Of a DNA stretch of 64,000 bases, positions 41,728-53,640 are shown one piece after another. This DNA is from Macrostomum lignano (Eukaryota), in the NCBI GenBank assembly GCA_002269645.1, contig NIVC01000401.1, positions 124,001 through 188,000 of the forward strand, in the 5' to 3' direction. The translations under genes were made by a program, and so were the position numbers. Under the pieces are notes generated by a model. It was given only the letters and a program-made list of their open reading frames with translations. It was not told the DNA's origin and made no database searches. Numbering within the stretch: position 1 is the first letter of the stretch; every line of letters starts with the position of its first letter.

Positions 41728-42606
41728 CAAAACCAAGCTGATAAGTCCCTTGGCATAATAAATACAAGGGAACCAGACGATCAAAAGCCAATTCTCTCTA
41801 TTGTAAATCATGACTGAACATAAATAATAAATAACCCTAGTCGTAACTACCAAGCGATTAGTAAAAAGTACCAATAACAGCCAGGATTTAAAAAATACGC
41901 TATTTGATATACTACTACGAGTAGCAAAAAAGCATGCAACCACAGAAACAATAAATTGACAGTGTTGTTAGGGAGCATCTTTAACGTAGGGTTTGCCAAC
42001 TTAAAAAAATTATACATTGGCAGAATAACAATAATACTTCTTGTTGTGCGTGCACATTTAAATCTGTACAATTCGTGTTAACATACAATCGGACCCAATA
42101 CAGGCTTGGCCGTACTTTGCTAGTTAACATAAAAATCAGACTATTAAATGTGTGTTCATGCATGCATGATTTTGCCTTCCTAAGCCTAAAAACCTTTACT
42201 GTCCTCATTAATATGATTAGAACATGCGACGCACATTTAGGATAAATAACAACAAATAAGGCCATGTTAAATAGGTAAAATAATTCATTAGCATCCCAGC
42301 TGGCACTGTTAAACGGTGGCGCCGTTGGACTGCAGTGTCTCACTATAGGGCGCAGGTCTATCGATTGAACTAAACAGAAACCAAACAATTTCACGAGAAT
42401 AGGGATCAACTGAAACAGACAAATCATGACAGGCCGTCGAGGCGGCATACCTGGCTCAGTATGGGCACCTGCGCGGGCAATTATTGTGTTGCTTTTGAGT
42501 TCGTTAGTGCGATATTACAGCTTGGGTTCCAAATTATCAGCAATGGGTGCCCAAAATAGCACTGACAATGCGACTCTCTTTTACAAAGTGGCTGCTTAGC
42601 GTTGGT

Positions 42607-42805
42607 GGCTGGCCCAGCAACTGAGGATCTGGAAGGCTGGCCCAGCAACTGAGGATCTGGGAGGCTGGCCCAGCAACTGAGGATCTGGGAGGCTGGCCCA
42701 GCAACTGAGGATCTGGGAGGCTGGCCCAGCAGCTGAGGATCTGGGAGGCTGGCCCAGCAGCTGAGGATCTGGGAGGCTGGCCCAGCAACTGAGGATCTGG
42801 GAGGC
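42607..42805. repeat. 28-bp tandem repeat (GGCTGGCCCAGCAACTGAGGATCTGGGA), about 7 copies
   Basis: Period 28 seen at 42663 and 42691. Confidence 0.93.
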
Positions 42806-42946
42806 CGGCGGGTTAAAACGGCGGCCAAACCTGAAGATTTCTAAAATGGCTTTGCAAAATATTCAAGAGAATGGCGAAGAAGCCATGACTCATCTTTCTG
42901 TCTTACGCCCCCAAAAATCATCGCATGACCCGAATAGCCGTCTTAC

Positions 42947-43246
42947 CAGGCAGGCTTTCATCGCGCTCCCGAATGAAAGCTTCCTGAGTCTCCCGATTGC
43001 CAGTCTTATTCTTAGCCATCTGCTCCTCGTGATTCTTGGCCCAGGTCTCCAGCTCGTGCTTGGCAGACTCGCGCCATTCGTTAATAGCTTTGGCCTCGGC
43101 CTCGTCTTTCTCGGCAATTTTAGCTTCGAATTCTATGCGCCATTGGCGAATCTTTTCTGGCTCGCCCTGCTCAGTGTCGGCCGAGCGGATGGCCGAATAG
43201 GTGTCCTGGGGACCGTTCTCCTCAGCTGGCGGCTGCTGGTCACCGC
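42947..43246 (-). CDS. Clc: Clathrin light chain, middle coding exon (EPEKIRQWR...EAFIRERDESLP)
   Basis: EPEKIRQWR corresponds to the CLC heavy-chain-binding helix start (EPESIRKWR). Donor G|GTAAGA; acceptor GCCAG. 300 nt, phase 1 at both ends. Exact acceptor slightly uncertain. Confidence 0.9.
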
Positions 43247-43717
43247 CTGGCATTCAACCAGTGGAAAGGGGAATATTGATACTCATTTTGAACAACTTTC
43301 AAGTCTTATTTTTTAGCTAATGTGTAAAAATTAATAGCAATTTATTAGAACAGGTGATAGTTTTTGCTAGTAGTAGCACCACCCTAACTGAGAGAAATCA
43401 TCAATAGGAGTAGACATAATACATAAAATAGGATAAGTATAGTGCCATAAGACTACTTAGGCCAATAGTACATAATATACAATATACTTTATATAAGATA
43501 TTACCAATACATAGTATAGGGACTTTCATGACATTGGTAAAATGTAGGAAACTTTTTTGAATATGCTAAAACATTGCTACTTTAAGTATAAAATTTTCTA
43601 AAACTAAATTGAATTAAAAAAGTATAATACTCTGTAATCTAGAATAAAAATGCAATAAAATCAAATATAACTTGACCTTCGAAAGTTCATTAATTTAGTA
43701 TAGTTTCATGCTTGGGC

Positions 43718-43880
43718 GCAACCTAGGGATTCACCCAGCTGTTTCTATTGGCAACACACATACATAAGTTGCTATTGGACAGAATAGTAGTCACATGACT
43801 GCTCTCAGCCAATAGCGACTTACATGTGTATGTTGCCAATATAAACAGCCAAGTGATTCCCAAGGTTGCACATGTATATA
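43718..43880. mobile_element. ~150-bp fold-back (palindromic) MITE-like element in Clc intron 1
   Basis: Left arm GCAACCTAGGGATTCACCCAGCTGTTTCTATTGGCAAC...GCTATTGG pairs with right arm CCAATAGCGACTTAC...GTTGCCAATATAAACAGCCAAGTGATTCCCAAGGTTGC. Confidence 0.7.
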
Positions 43881-45194
43881 TAGTTTACAAAGAAGAGGTC
43901 ATGGAAAATAGGTACAATTATAATGTAAAGTCAAAAGTTTTCATTGTAGAAAATAAAGATAGATAAATACTACAATAATTTGATGCTTAATGTTTTTAAT
44001 AAAATTATTTATTATATTATAGTTCTATATGCATAATTTTTTTTACAATTTCTGATAAAGAGGAAGAAAAAAGGATTAAAAAAATGTGTTCAATATACAA
44101 AACTATATACACAGAGCAAAAAAATTGGGAAGAATTTGCTGTCACACATAGAGTTTTCAGTTATATCAAAATATATATAGATATAACTTTTATCATTTAA
44201 AATATGAAAAATCCAGATATTTTTTAATCCAAAGGGGGAAGCATTTTGAAGCTTTTTCTATACTAAATTGCAAGACAAATTGAATATAAAAAGTCTTGAA
44301 ATCCAAGACTCACTCTTGATAAAATTTGATATAGAGCTTAAAAAAATAAAATGACACTAAACTCAATAGTCAACTTTTCAAATAAAAAAGTTCTTCACAT
44401 TAAAATAAAAAAATCCTTAACTTTTATTTAAAAAAGGTTACATTCCATAATACATTTTGGCCATTTAAAAAAATGAATTTTAAAAAATAAAATGTTAATA
44501 ACTTTTTATTACTGAACCAAACAATTAAAGTAAGCACTTTTTATGTTCATAATAATGTAGCCTATCTATTTTTGTTATGAAAAAAACTGAATTCAAAGCT
44601 TTTGCCTTTCAAAATCTCACTGAAGTCCCTATATAGTATACAGTATATTTAAAGTGCATCAAAGTATTATATTACAAAATATGTCTATGACAACTTGGTG
44701 AAAGCAATGAAATTAGCAAAGAAGTAGAATACCCCTAGCACAACTTTGGTAGCCTAGTGGCAGAATATTTATAAAAGACAAAGCCCTAGGATATCTAAAT
44801 TAATGTTAAATATGCTAAGGTTTTATAACTATTTATTTTTCTATAATGCCTTGGCTTGGGGCCATTTATTGCTTGGCATAATTTGGGATAAAGTGAAGAA
44901 TGCAAGCCAAATTATTTCTAGTATATAGCTAGCATGATCTGGATAAGATGCAATAATTTTGTCTACTATAAGTTTGTTTGCTGGCATTATTAATATGACA
45001 TATGATGTATTATATGATTAGTTAGTTAATATGTACATAATTTAGTTGCCAATATTCAAAACAAAGAAAACCAATTTGATATAGTTAGTTTATATGCTAC
45101 ATAACATAATTTGAAGAGATGGCGCTATATAAATTTAGCTTTCATTTTAACTGTGATTTTAAACATTAATTTTAATATTTTGACTATAAGTCCC

Positions 45195-45471
45195 CCTGAT
45201 TGCAGCGCATGGGCATTTTGGCGGACGGCGTCCGGCGCGGATCTAATACGGCGCGGCGCGGCGCGTACAGCGAGCGGCGATTAGTACGGCGCGGCGCGGT
45301 ACTAACTAGATGCCGAGGCATTTAGGCTTGCTAAGACAGTCATAGTTACTCTTGCCGTTTACCCAAAATGCGTTAATTTTGCTTTAGGTTTCTTTCACAG
45401 GTAAGTCATTTCACAGCGTGGCGCAGGTTGTGTAGGCGTCTGGCGTACTTAAGCCATGCGCTGCAATAGGG
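45195..45471. mobile_element. 277-bp MITE-like element with 18-bp terminal inverted repeats, 8-bp TSD (TAAGTCCC) and an internal 28S rRNA-like fragment
   Basis: Left end CCTGATTGCAGCGCATGG and right end CCATGCGCTGCAATAGGG (16/18 complementary); TAAGTCCC at 45187-45194 and 45472-45479. Confidence 0.75.
45301..45364 (-). pseudogene. Diverged 64-bp fragment of nuclear LSU (28S) rRNA, helices 68-71
   Basis: Reverse complement GGGTAAACGGCAAGAGTAACTATGACTGTCTTAGCAAGCCTAAATGCCTCGGCATCTAGTTAGT versus conserved eukaryotic GGGTAAACGGCGGGAGTAACTATGACTCTCTTAAGGTAGCCAAATGCCTCGTCATCTAATTAGT: 52/64 ungapped, by manual alignment to the recalled sequence. Confidence 0.85.
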
Positions 45472-46930
45472 TAAGTCCCTAATGTATTTCATGTGAATTT
45501 TTATTATAGCCTTTCTGTCTTTTATTTTTTCACTATGAACTCTTATTTTAATCTATATTTGTGAATGCTTCTGCTATGGGTTGAGCATAGCAAACTTATT
45601 GCGAGCTTCACTTGTATTTTTGAGCATAATTCAGTTTATTTTTGTCTATGGCTGTGTAGGCAGCTAACAGTTGCTTGAACCAGTAAAGCTCGACTCTCTT
45701 AAACATAATTAATAAATTTGAGAAAAGCTAAGAGCCCAAGAGTTCCAAAAGAACTTAACAATTCAAGAGCGGTCTTTGCATATCATGGTCTCCAAAAGCA
45801 TAATAAGAAAAGCATAATAGCTTCTACTAGAAACTACATTGATTTCAGACTTTGTACAAATTTTCTTTCAAATGTATATTTAAAACTTCCAACTGCTGAC
45901 CATCTACATTTATCTTAACAAAAGTAGCACTAAATGGTAAAAAATAGATGCTTATTTGTAGCAAATACTGCTCTTTATTGATTTATACCAATATATACTT
46001 TAATGATTTATGCCAAACAAAATATTGTTTTCATTAGACATAATAGCAGACAAAATGTCTACCCTAGCATGCACCTCCAGTAGACCCATAGTCAGGAAAG
46101 TGCGCCATGTGTGCTGGAATAAATTTCCCCCCTTTTTTCAAATGCGCCATGTGCCAAAGCAATTATTTCTCCTTGCACCATGTGCCAATGCTTAAAATAG
46201 TTAAAATGCTGTTTATAACAATATAAAAATGATGATTCAGCAATAAGATCAAATGGCAAACGGCAAACAATAAATAGAAATTTGAATTTGAACTTTGAGT
46301 AGTCTTTAATGTTCATTAAAAATAACAATTTTTGTAAAAGTTCCATAAAATTAATTAGGTAAATGAACGATTGTTGTTAAAGTTACTATAATTGTAACAA
46401 CAAAATATCCAAAAATACAAAAAAGTAATCAAAGGAATCTATCCCCTGCGCCAACTGTGCCAAGTTGTAGGCTGTCATTTTTCCTGTTAACTTTGGTTGT
46501 TTTGGCCAGAGAAATGGCCAATTTGTACCAGAAAATTTGGTGAAATCGATTGCCTTCCTAACTATGGCAGCAGACAAAACAACCCACACCCATCTGGACA
46601 ATGGCATAGGGCCAATAATAATCCTGATTATTAGGCCTATATATTAAATGATTTTTTTGCAAACAAACAGCTTTGTTACCAAAAATGAAATGTTACTATA
46701 AGGCATGGTACTATTTCTATTAACCATGTTGCAAAATGAAGCGCATAAAATTCACTTTGTTACTAAGATAAAACATTATACACTAGGCATATCTAGATTT
46801 CATTGACATTGCCATTCTCATTGTTATGATTAGCCTTTTAGGCCTATGTAAAATTTAAAAAACAATAATTAATACCTTATTTGAATTCATATTAAAATCA
46901 AGCAACAATCCAAAAAACTACATAACCTAC

Positions 46931-47093
46931 CGCCAATGCCGTTCCAATCCTCTTCAACAAACTCGTTGTTTTGTTCATGATTTTGTTCTTCTTGGTCTTG
47001 ATCCTGATTTTGTCCTGAGACGAAGTCATCCCCTAGCTCATTCATGTGTTCCTGCTCTCGGCTAAGAAAATCAGACAATGGATCTTCTGCCAT
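46931..47093 (-). CDS. Clc: Clathrin light chain, first coding exon (MAEDPLSDFLSREQEHMNELGDDF...)
   Basis: Resembles the CLC conserved segment (EDPAAAFLAQQESEIAGIEND). Donor G|GTAGGT, phase 1. Joined model 163+300+125 nt gives 195 aa. Confidence 0.85.
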
Positions 47094-50086
47094 AACTAAA
47101 ATTTAAGATAAGAGTGCTAGCAGATGAGAAGAAAATCAGCTTATAGACTAATGTTAAATTTTGACTTAAACAATCGATTTACTGAAAACTTTATTTAAAA
47201 TTTATGTTGATGAATACCACTTTTAAAAGTGCTTGAACTTGTGACGAAAATAACTTTGATTCATTTTATTACGTTTAATTTAGTGTAAAAAAACTTTTGT
47301 TGCTCATAAATTATCGTAAAATATATTTGGTATCAAACCTTGACTTATCCTTTGTTATATCACATACAAAAATTATTATTTAACTTGCGAGAAGGAAATA
47401 TTTTTTCTTGGAAATCGACCTCATATACGCGACGCTTTGCTGCCGCCTTGGTTTTATTGCTCTTAACGTTCTGCATGTTTTGAATGCTTATTTAATAATA
47501 GCTATATAATTTTGATACTTAAGTAATTAATAATAAAGTTAACTTTTCTTATGTTCTATCTTTCTATTCGTTCAGATACAGTTTAATAAGACATTCTCAC
47601 TTCTCAGTGTCAGTGACATTGCATTCATAACATTTAATGTCAGTTTTTTAATTTTGTTTTAGGCTCTTTTTGCTTTGTGTTTGAAATATTTTATCTGAAC
47701 TATACTTTAGCTATTTTATATTTCTATAAGTAGATCCTACATATCACTATGACACTATGCATTGTTACTGTATTCTTAGGCCGTAGGGTCATATTGCCTG
47801 ATTGATATAGGCCCTACACTCTAATCTGTTACACAGTATGCCAGAAAAAATGCCCCCCTTATGCTATAAATTAAAGTTACACCAGAAAAAATATTGCACA
47901 TGATATTTACACTTGGAAAAAATTGTGACACTATGCCAAATTTTAACTTTAATTTTAGTTAGGTCCCTTTTCAGTTTTCTTGTAGCTTTTTTAAATAGAA
48001 AAATCTTTGAGTTTAAATAAATGAATAAGGATGGATGCTGACACTGCTGACCATTTTCGCAAAAGACCACTTTGGTAAAGGCCATCTCAGCAAAATACCA
48101 TTTTGGAAAATCCACTTTGGCAAAGCCTATAGAACGTAACAAAACATTTGTTTAATAAAGCAAGATAATAGAATCCTAATACATGTTTATCTCTGGCAGA
48201 GAAAATAATTTCCACTTCTTGTAATATTAAGTTCATCTACTCCACACTCTGGATCATGTAGTATATGCCCAAAAATTTGGGCATGCATTAGCCTTGCACG
48301 CCAAAATTAGGCGTGCACAATAGGCATGCATCACTCCTTAGAAAATAGTATGTGTGCACACCTGGCATGCACTTTATAGAATCATGCGTAAGAGTTATTG
48401 TGAAGTAGAAAAAGGGTGAAAAAAGTTCATTTTTAAGAGCAAATTTCAAGCTTTCCAGTTTTCTCAAGCTCATAAAAGAGCATTTAAACAAATATTTTTA
48501 TATGTAAATTTTGTGCTATAAATAATATTTCAAAAAAGCATTAAGAGCAACCAAATTATCTGGTAATAAGGGTCTATTACGCAATTAAAAAAGGTATTTT
48601 TAGGTCTACTATATCCCAAAATTTAAAATAATTAAGATCAAAGATCCAAATCTATAGTCAGGATCATGGCATGCTTGTGCAAAAACAAATCTTATCAAAA
48701 AAGTTTGCTTGGACTATGGGCTAAAACTTTTTTGTAAAAAAACAAGAATACAAAATATTTTCAATTTTATAAGTTAATATGCATACAAGTTACAAGTTAA
48801 CAAATACAAGTTTAATATATTTTAATTTAAAAAGCCATCAATACATGAGCAAAAAAGTGCTAATTTTCTGTTTGCAAAAATATTGTCTTGCTAAAAGGTT
48901 TTGTCTTGCATCATACTATGTTAGATTCCTCCTTTCTCCTACTTGTTATTGTGCCTGAATATGCTGGGTAGCACAATTTCAATATCTTTTTGTGCCAGAA
49001 TTTTCTGTAAAAATGCTATCTTTTGCAACTTATCTTGGCCAAAACTCTTGTTGGGTCAAATAGGTATTGGGCATATATGAGTAGCACCAACATTTATTTT
49101 GGCTAATCTAGTTGATACTATACTACTTTTACCTCTTGGAATTGTTAACAAAACTAATAATGACCTAAACTAAGTTTACAAACTTTAATGTATGGTATTT
49201 TGGTAGTTTTATTATTGTTTTATTGTTAATAGTTTAGTTTTATTCCAGTTATACATCTTTGGCAACAATTTTAGATTGTTATATGCATCTATTATTATGC
49301 CTATCTTGCTTTGAAAATAGTAATTAAACTTAATTGACATATAAATTATCATTGCATAATAGTATAGAGTTTAACAGGTTTTGTTATTTATATCTAAATA
49401 TACGAAATCTCTAAGGTTTGTATTCTAATATACTAAAAATGGTCTTTTAGTACTAAAAATTAAGAGGGCATTTTTAAAAATATTTCTAGCAATTAATTAG
49501 CAAATTTGCTGTTAGTTTGGCTATTAGTAGATAAAGTGACAAGTTGCATTTAAGTGGATGAAAATTTAAACAAATGAATTGCTTACATTTGATGCTATAC
49601 CCTTGTATATGTGCTATGTTAATCATGTGGTATATGTATATAGTAATAAGACAAAGTTTATTTCTATTGGCTATAAGTAATATAAGCATATATAACTTTT
49701 TTGCTATTTAAAGCAAAATATAAATAGCTACTTTTGTATATAAAATTTCTTAACATGAAAACTAAAGAATATTCAATTTTATTATTTATTTTTTTTTTTA
49801 TATATATAGACAACATATAAAAATAATATACAATGTTTTAGTATATATATAAATACAAGACTATGTATGTGCCTTAAAATATATACCAGTTATAACAATA
49901 TTTACTATAATTGATAAGTTGTTTAATAGTTTTAATTATAATAGTATAAGCATAGATAAAAAATAGCCCTATTATAATACTTTAAGAAAACTTGTAGATG
50001 CATGCTAGATACCAAAAAATTATTGGATAAAACAGAAAGTTCTTGGGATTTGTGAAGCCTTCTATGAAATGAAGTACTTAAAATAC

Positions 50087-50352
50087 ACATACATGCGCAA
50101 CCCCCCTGATTTACACTGACCATGCGACTTACTTTTTGACCAAAAATGCGACTTACCTGTAAAAAAACCTAACGCAATTTTGGGTAAACGGCATGAGTAA
50201 CTTTGACTGTCTTAAAAGGGCTAAATGCCTTGTCATCTAATTAGTACTATGTCTGTATTCTTTAGGCTGGGCATTTTTGCGACTTACCCTTGGTCCACGA
50301 CAATTTATGGTGTCCAGATCGGCCAGGTTGGCCAGCAGTTGCGCATGTATGT
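50087..50352. mobile_element. ~266-bp inverted-repeat-bounded element carrying a second 28S rRNA-like fragment
   Basis: Perfect 15-bp inverted repeat ACATACATGCGCAAC / GTTGCGCATGTATGT; three internal GCGACTTAC motifs. Confidence 0.65.
50182..50245 (+). pseudogene. Diverged 64-bp fragment of nuclear LSU (28S) rRNA, helices 68-71
   Basis: GGGTAAACGGCATGAGTAACTTTGACTGTCTTAAAAGGGCTAAATGCCTTGTCATCTAATTAGT: 54/64 ungapped to the conserved eukaryotic sequence, by manual alignment. Confidence 0.87.
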
Positions 50353-51246
50353 AAAGTACATATAATAGTATTGTGACATTAGCTGAAACTTGAATTTAGG
50401 CTGCTCTATATTAGTCAATAGTATTTATATACCTTTTCACATAAGACCATGTAGAAGCTTCTAGAAATTTCTATAGGCTTAACTTTGGAAACTGGGAGAA
50501 TTTTCTGTTTTACCTAATAGGTACATTGTGCTATACCGATACCACATTAATGTTTATCAATTGATAATATTGTTTGTGTTTTTCATGCATTTAATATGAT
50601 TTTTACCTAATAAAAATAGTGTAGGTTTTTTATAAGGTACATAATAATCATATTGTAGAAATATGCAATGCATAATAATTACACTTGTATTCCATATACT
50701 AAAAATGGTCTGTCGGTATGTGTGTGTGTGTATGTGTGTGTGTGTGATCGATTTTAGCAAAAACGGCTCAACCGATTTTCTTCGAACTTGCACTGTTCGA
50801 TCAGAAATTTTCCCGTGACAGTACATGCATCGTGGCTAAGAAATTGCTTGATGCTAAAGGGATTAAATATTCGAAAAACATGCTTTTTTGCAAAGGTCAA
50901 GCAGCTCTTTCGACTTGAAATGCATCGTAAGAATGCTAGCAGAAAAACTGACTGGTTGAATTCTGATTCTGAAATAGATTGCATCACAATACACTTTATT
51001 TATCGTCTGTGTACTGGCTGAATTTGACACTCAATTGAATTGCGTCACAGCTTTGAGTGTGAAAGCATAGCGCAGTACTGAATTTATATTACGTAACCAT
51101 ATTGTAAACTTTCATAGACACTGGTACTGACTTGCCTAAGAAATTGATTATGTCATAACTGCTTCGTGAGACTTTTTACTCTACCTGACTTGGTGTGAGT
51201 GTTGAATTATATAAGTGGTACAACATCACTGATAACTTCGATGAGA

Positions 51247-51305
51247 GCTAGCCTAGAGCTGAACAGACCAGACTGCTAATGCAGCGACCTAGGTTCGAAT
51301 CTAAG
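51247..51305 (+). mobile_element. Degenerate tRNA-derived (SINE-head-like) fragment
   Basis: A-box-like TAGCCTAGAG and B-box GGTTCGAATC; no complete cloverleaf. Confidence 0.35.
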
Positions 51306-51369
51306 TAGTTTAAAAGTAGTAGTGTAAATTTTTTTATTAAAAGGTTTTATTAAAGGACTAAATAAAAAC

Positions 51370-53110
51370 ACTTAGATTACTGCACTCGATAAGCCAAGGA
51401 TTATTGCTATTAATAAACCAAGGACTACTGCACTCGATAAACCAAGGACTATTGCTCTTGGCAAACCAAGGATTACTGCACTCAAGAAGCCAAGGATTAT
51501 TGCTATTAATAAACCAAGGATTACTGCACTTGGAAAACCAAGGATTACTGCACTCGATAAACCAAGGACTATTGCTCTTGGCAAACCAAGGATTACTGCA
51601 CTCAGGAAGCCAAGGATTATTGCACTTGGAAAACCAAGGATTACTGCACTCGATAAACCAAGGACTATTGCTCTTGGCAAACCAAGGATTACTGCACTCA
51701 AGAAGCCAAGGATTATTGCTATTAATAAACCAAGGATTACTGCACTTGGAAAACCAAGGATTACTGCACTCGATAAACCAAGGACTATTGCTCTTGGCAA
51801 ACCAAGGATTACTGCACTCAAGAAGCCAAGGATTATTGCACTTGGAAAACCAAGGATTACTGCACTCGATAAACCAAGGACTATTGCACTTGATAAACCA
51901 AGGAATATTGCACTTGATAGGCCAAGGATTACTGCACTTGATAAACCAAGGATTATTGCACTTGATAGGCCAAAGATTACTGCGCTTGATAAACCAAGGA
52001 TTATTGCACTTGATAAACCAAGGATTATTGCACTTGATAAGCCAAGGATTACTGCGCTTGATAAACCAAGGATTATTGCACTTGATAAACAAAGGATTAT
52101 TGCACTTGATAAACAAAGGATTATTGCACTTGATAAACAAAGGATTATTGCACTTGATAAACCAAGGATTATTGCACTTGATAAGCCAAGGATTATTGCA
52201 CTTGATAAGCCATGGATTATTGCACTTGATAGTAAAGAATGTTGCACTTGATAAGCCAAGGATTAATGCACTGGATTATTCAAGGATTATTGATATTAAT
52301 AAACCAAGGACTACTCCACTCGATAAACCAAGGATTATTGCTCTTAATAAACCAAGGATTACTGCACTTGGAAAACTAAGGATTACTGCACTCGATAAAC
52401 CAAAGACTATTGCACTTGATAAACCAAGGATTATTGCACTTGATAGGCCAAGGATTACTGCACTTGATAAACCAAGGATTATTGCACTTGATAGGCCAAA
52501 AATTACTGCGCTTGATAAACCAAGGATTATTGCACTTGATAAACCAAGGATTATTGCACTTGATAAGCCAAGGATTATTGCACTTGATAAACCAATGATT
52601 ATTGCAGTTGATAAGCCAAGGATTATTGCATCTGATAAACCAAAGATTATTGCACTTGATAAACCAAGGATTATTGCACTTGATAAACAAAGGATTATTG
52701 CACTTGATAGGCCAAAGATTACTGCGCTTGATAAACCAAGGATTATTGCACTTGATAAACCAAGGATTATTGCACTTGATAAGCCAAGGATTATTGCACT
52801 TGATAAACCAAGGATTATTGCACCTGATAAGCCAAGGATTACTGCGCTAGATAAACCAAGGATTATTGCACTTAATAAACCAAGGATTATTGCACTTAAT
52901 AAACCAAGGATTATTGCACTTGATAAACCAAGGATTATTGCACTTGATAAACAAAGGATTATTGCACTTGATAAACCAAGGATTATTGCACTTTATAAGC
53001 CAAAGATTACTGCACTTGATAAACCAAGGATTATTGCACTTGATAAACCAAGGATTATTGCACTTGATTAATCAAGGATTATTGCTATTAATAAACCAAG
53101 GATTATTGCA
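51370..53110. repeat. 24-bp minisatellite (TTGATAAACCAAGGATTATTGCAC), about 70 copies
   Basis: Unit read directly; 8-aa periodicity in the ORFs. Confidence 0.95.
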
Positions 53111-53244
53111 CTAGCTGAGAAGCTGATTACTGCGCTGTCTAAAAAAGAGATTATTGCGCTCGCTGAGACGTGGATTGTTGCACAACCTGAGAAAGCGATT
53201 ATTGCATTAGCGGAAGTAACATTTGCACTAGCTACTTGCTGTCT

Positions 53245-53640
53245 CGTGGATGCTTGCTCTCGAGGGGGGATACTTGCTATTTGGGAGAGGGGGTACTGGC
53301 TACATGCATGGGATTCTTTCTATCCAGGGATGCTTGCTATTCAGGGATTCTTGCTATCTGCAGGATGCTTGCTATTTAGGGATTCTTGCTATCTGCAGGA
53401 TGCTTGCTATCTGGGTGGATGCTTCTATAATATCTGGGGGGTGCTTGCTATCTGCAGAATGCTTCTATAATATCTGGGGGTGCTTGCTATCTGCAGAATG
53501 CTTGCTATCTGGGTGGATGCTTCTATAATATCTGGGGGGTGCTTGCTAATCTGCAGATGCTTGCTATCTGTGGTGATTCTTGCTATGAGCATTAGAGGAT
53601 GCTTGCTATCTGCGATTGTTCACTTTTGGAGGGGGTTGCT
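53245..53640. repeat. Degenerate ~18-bp repeat (GGATGCTTGCTATCTGCA-type)
   Basis: Read directly. Confidence 0.8.

Noticed and set aside
41730-42480. Possible decayed LINE reverse-transcriptase fragment (minus-strand ORF 41981-42448)
   Set aside because: No recognisable RT motif; the resemblance is too vague to support without a profile search.
45301-50245. Functional rRNA gene, rDNA unit or R2 element
   Set aside because: Only 64 bp of diverged 28S sequence; the changes break helix 69 pairing; no other rDNA and no reverse-transcriptase ORF nearby.
51358-53114. 555-aa and overlapping repeat ORFs resembling leucine-rich or Cys-rich proteins
   Set aside because: Products of the 24-bp array; no start context or non-repeat domain.
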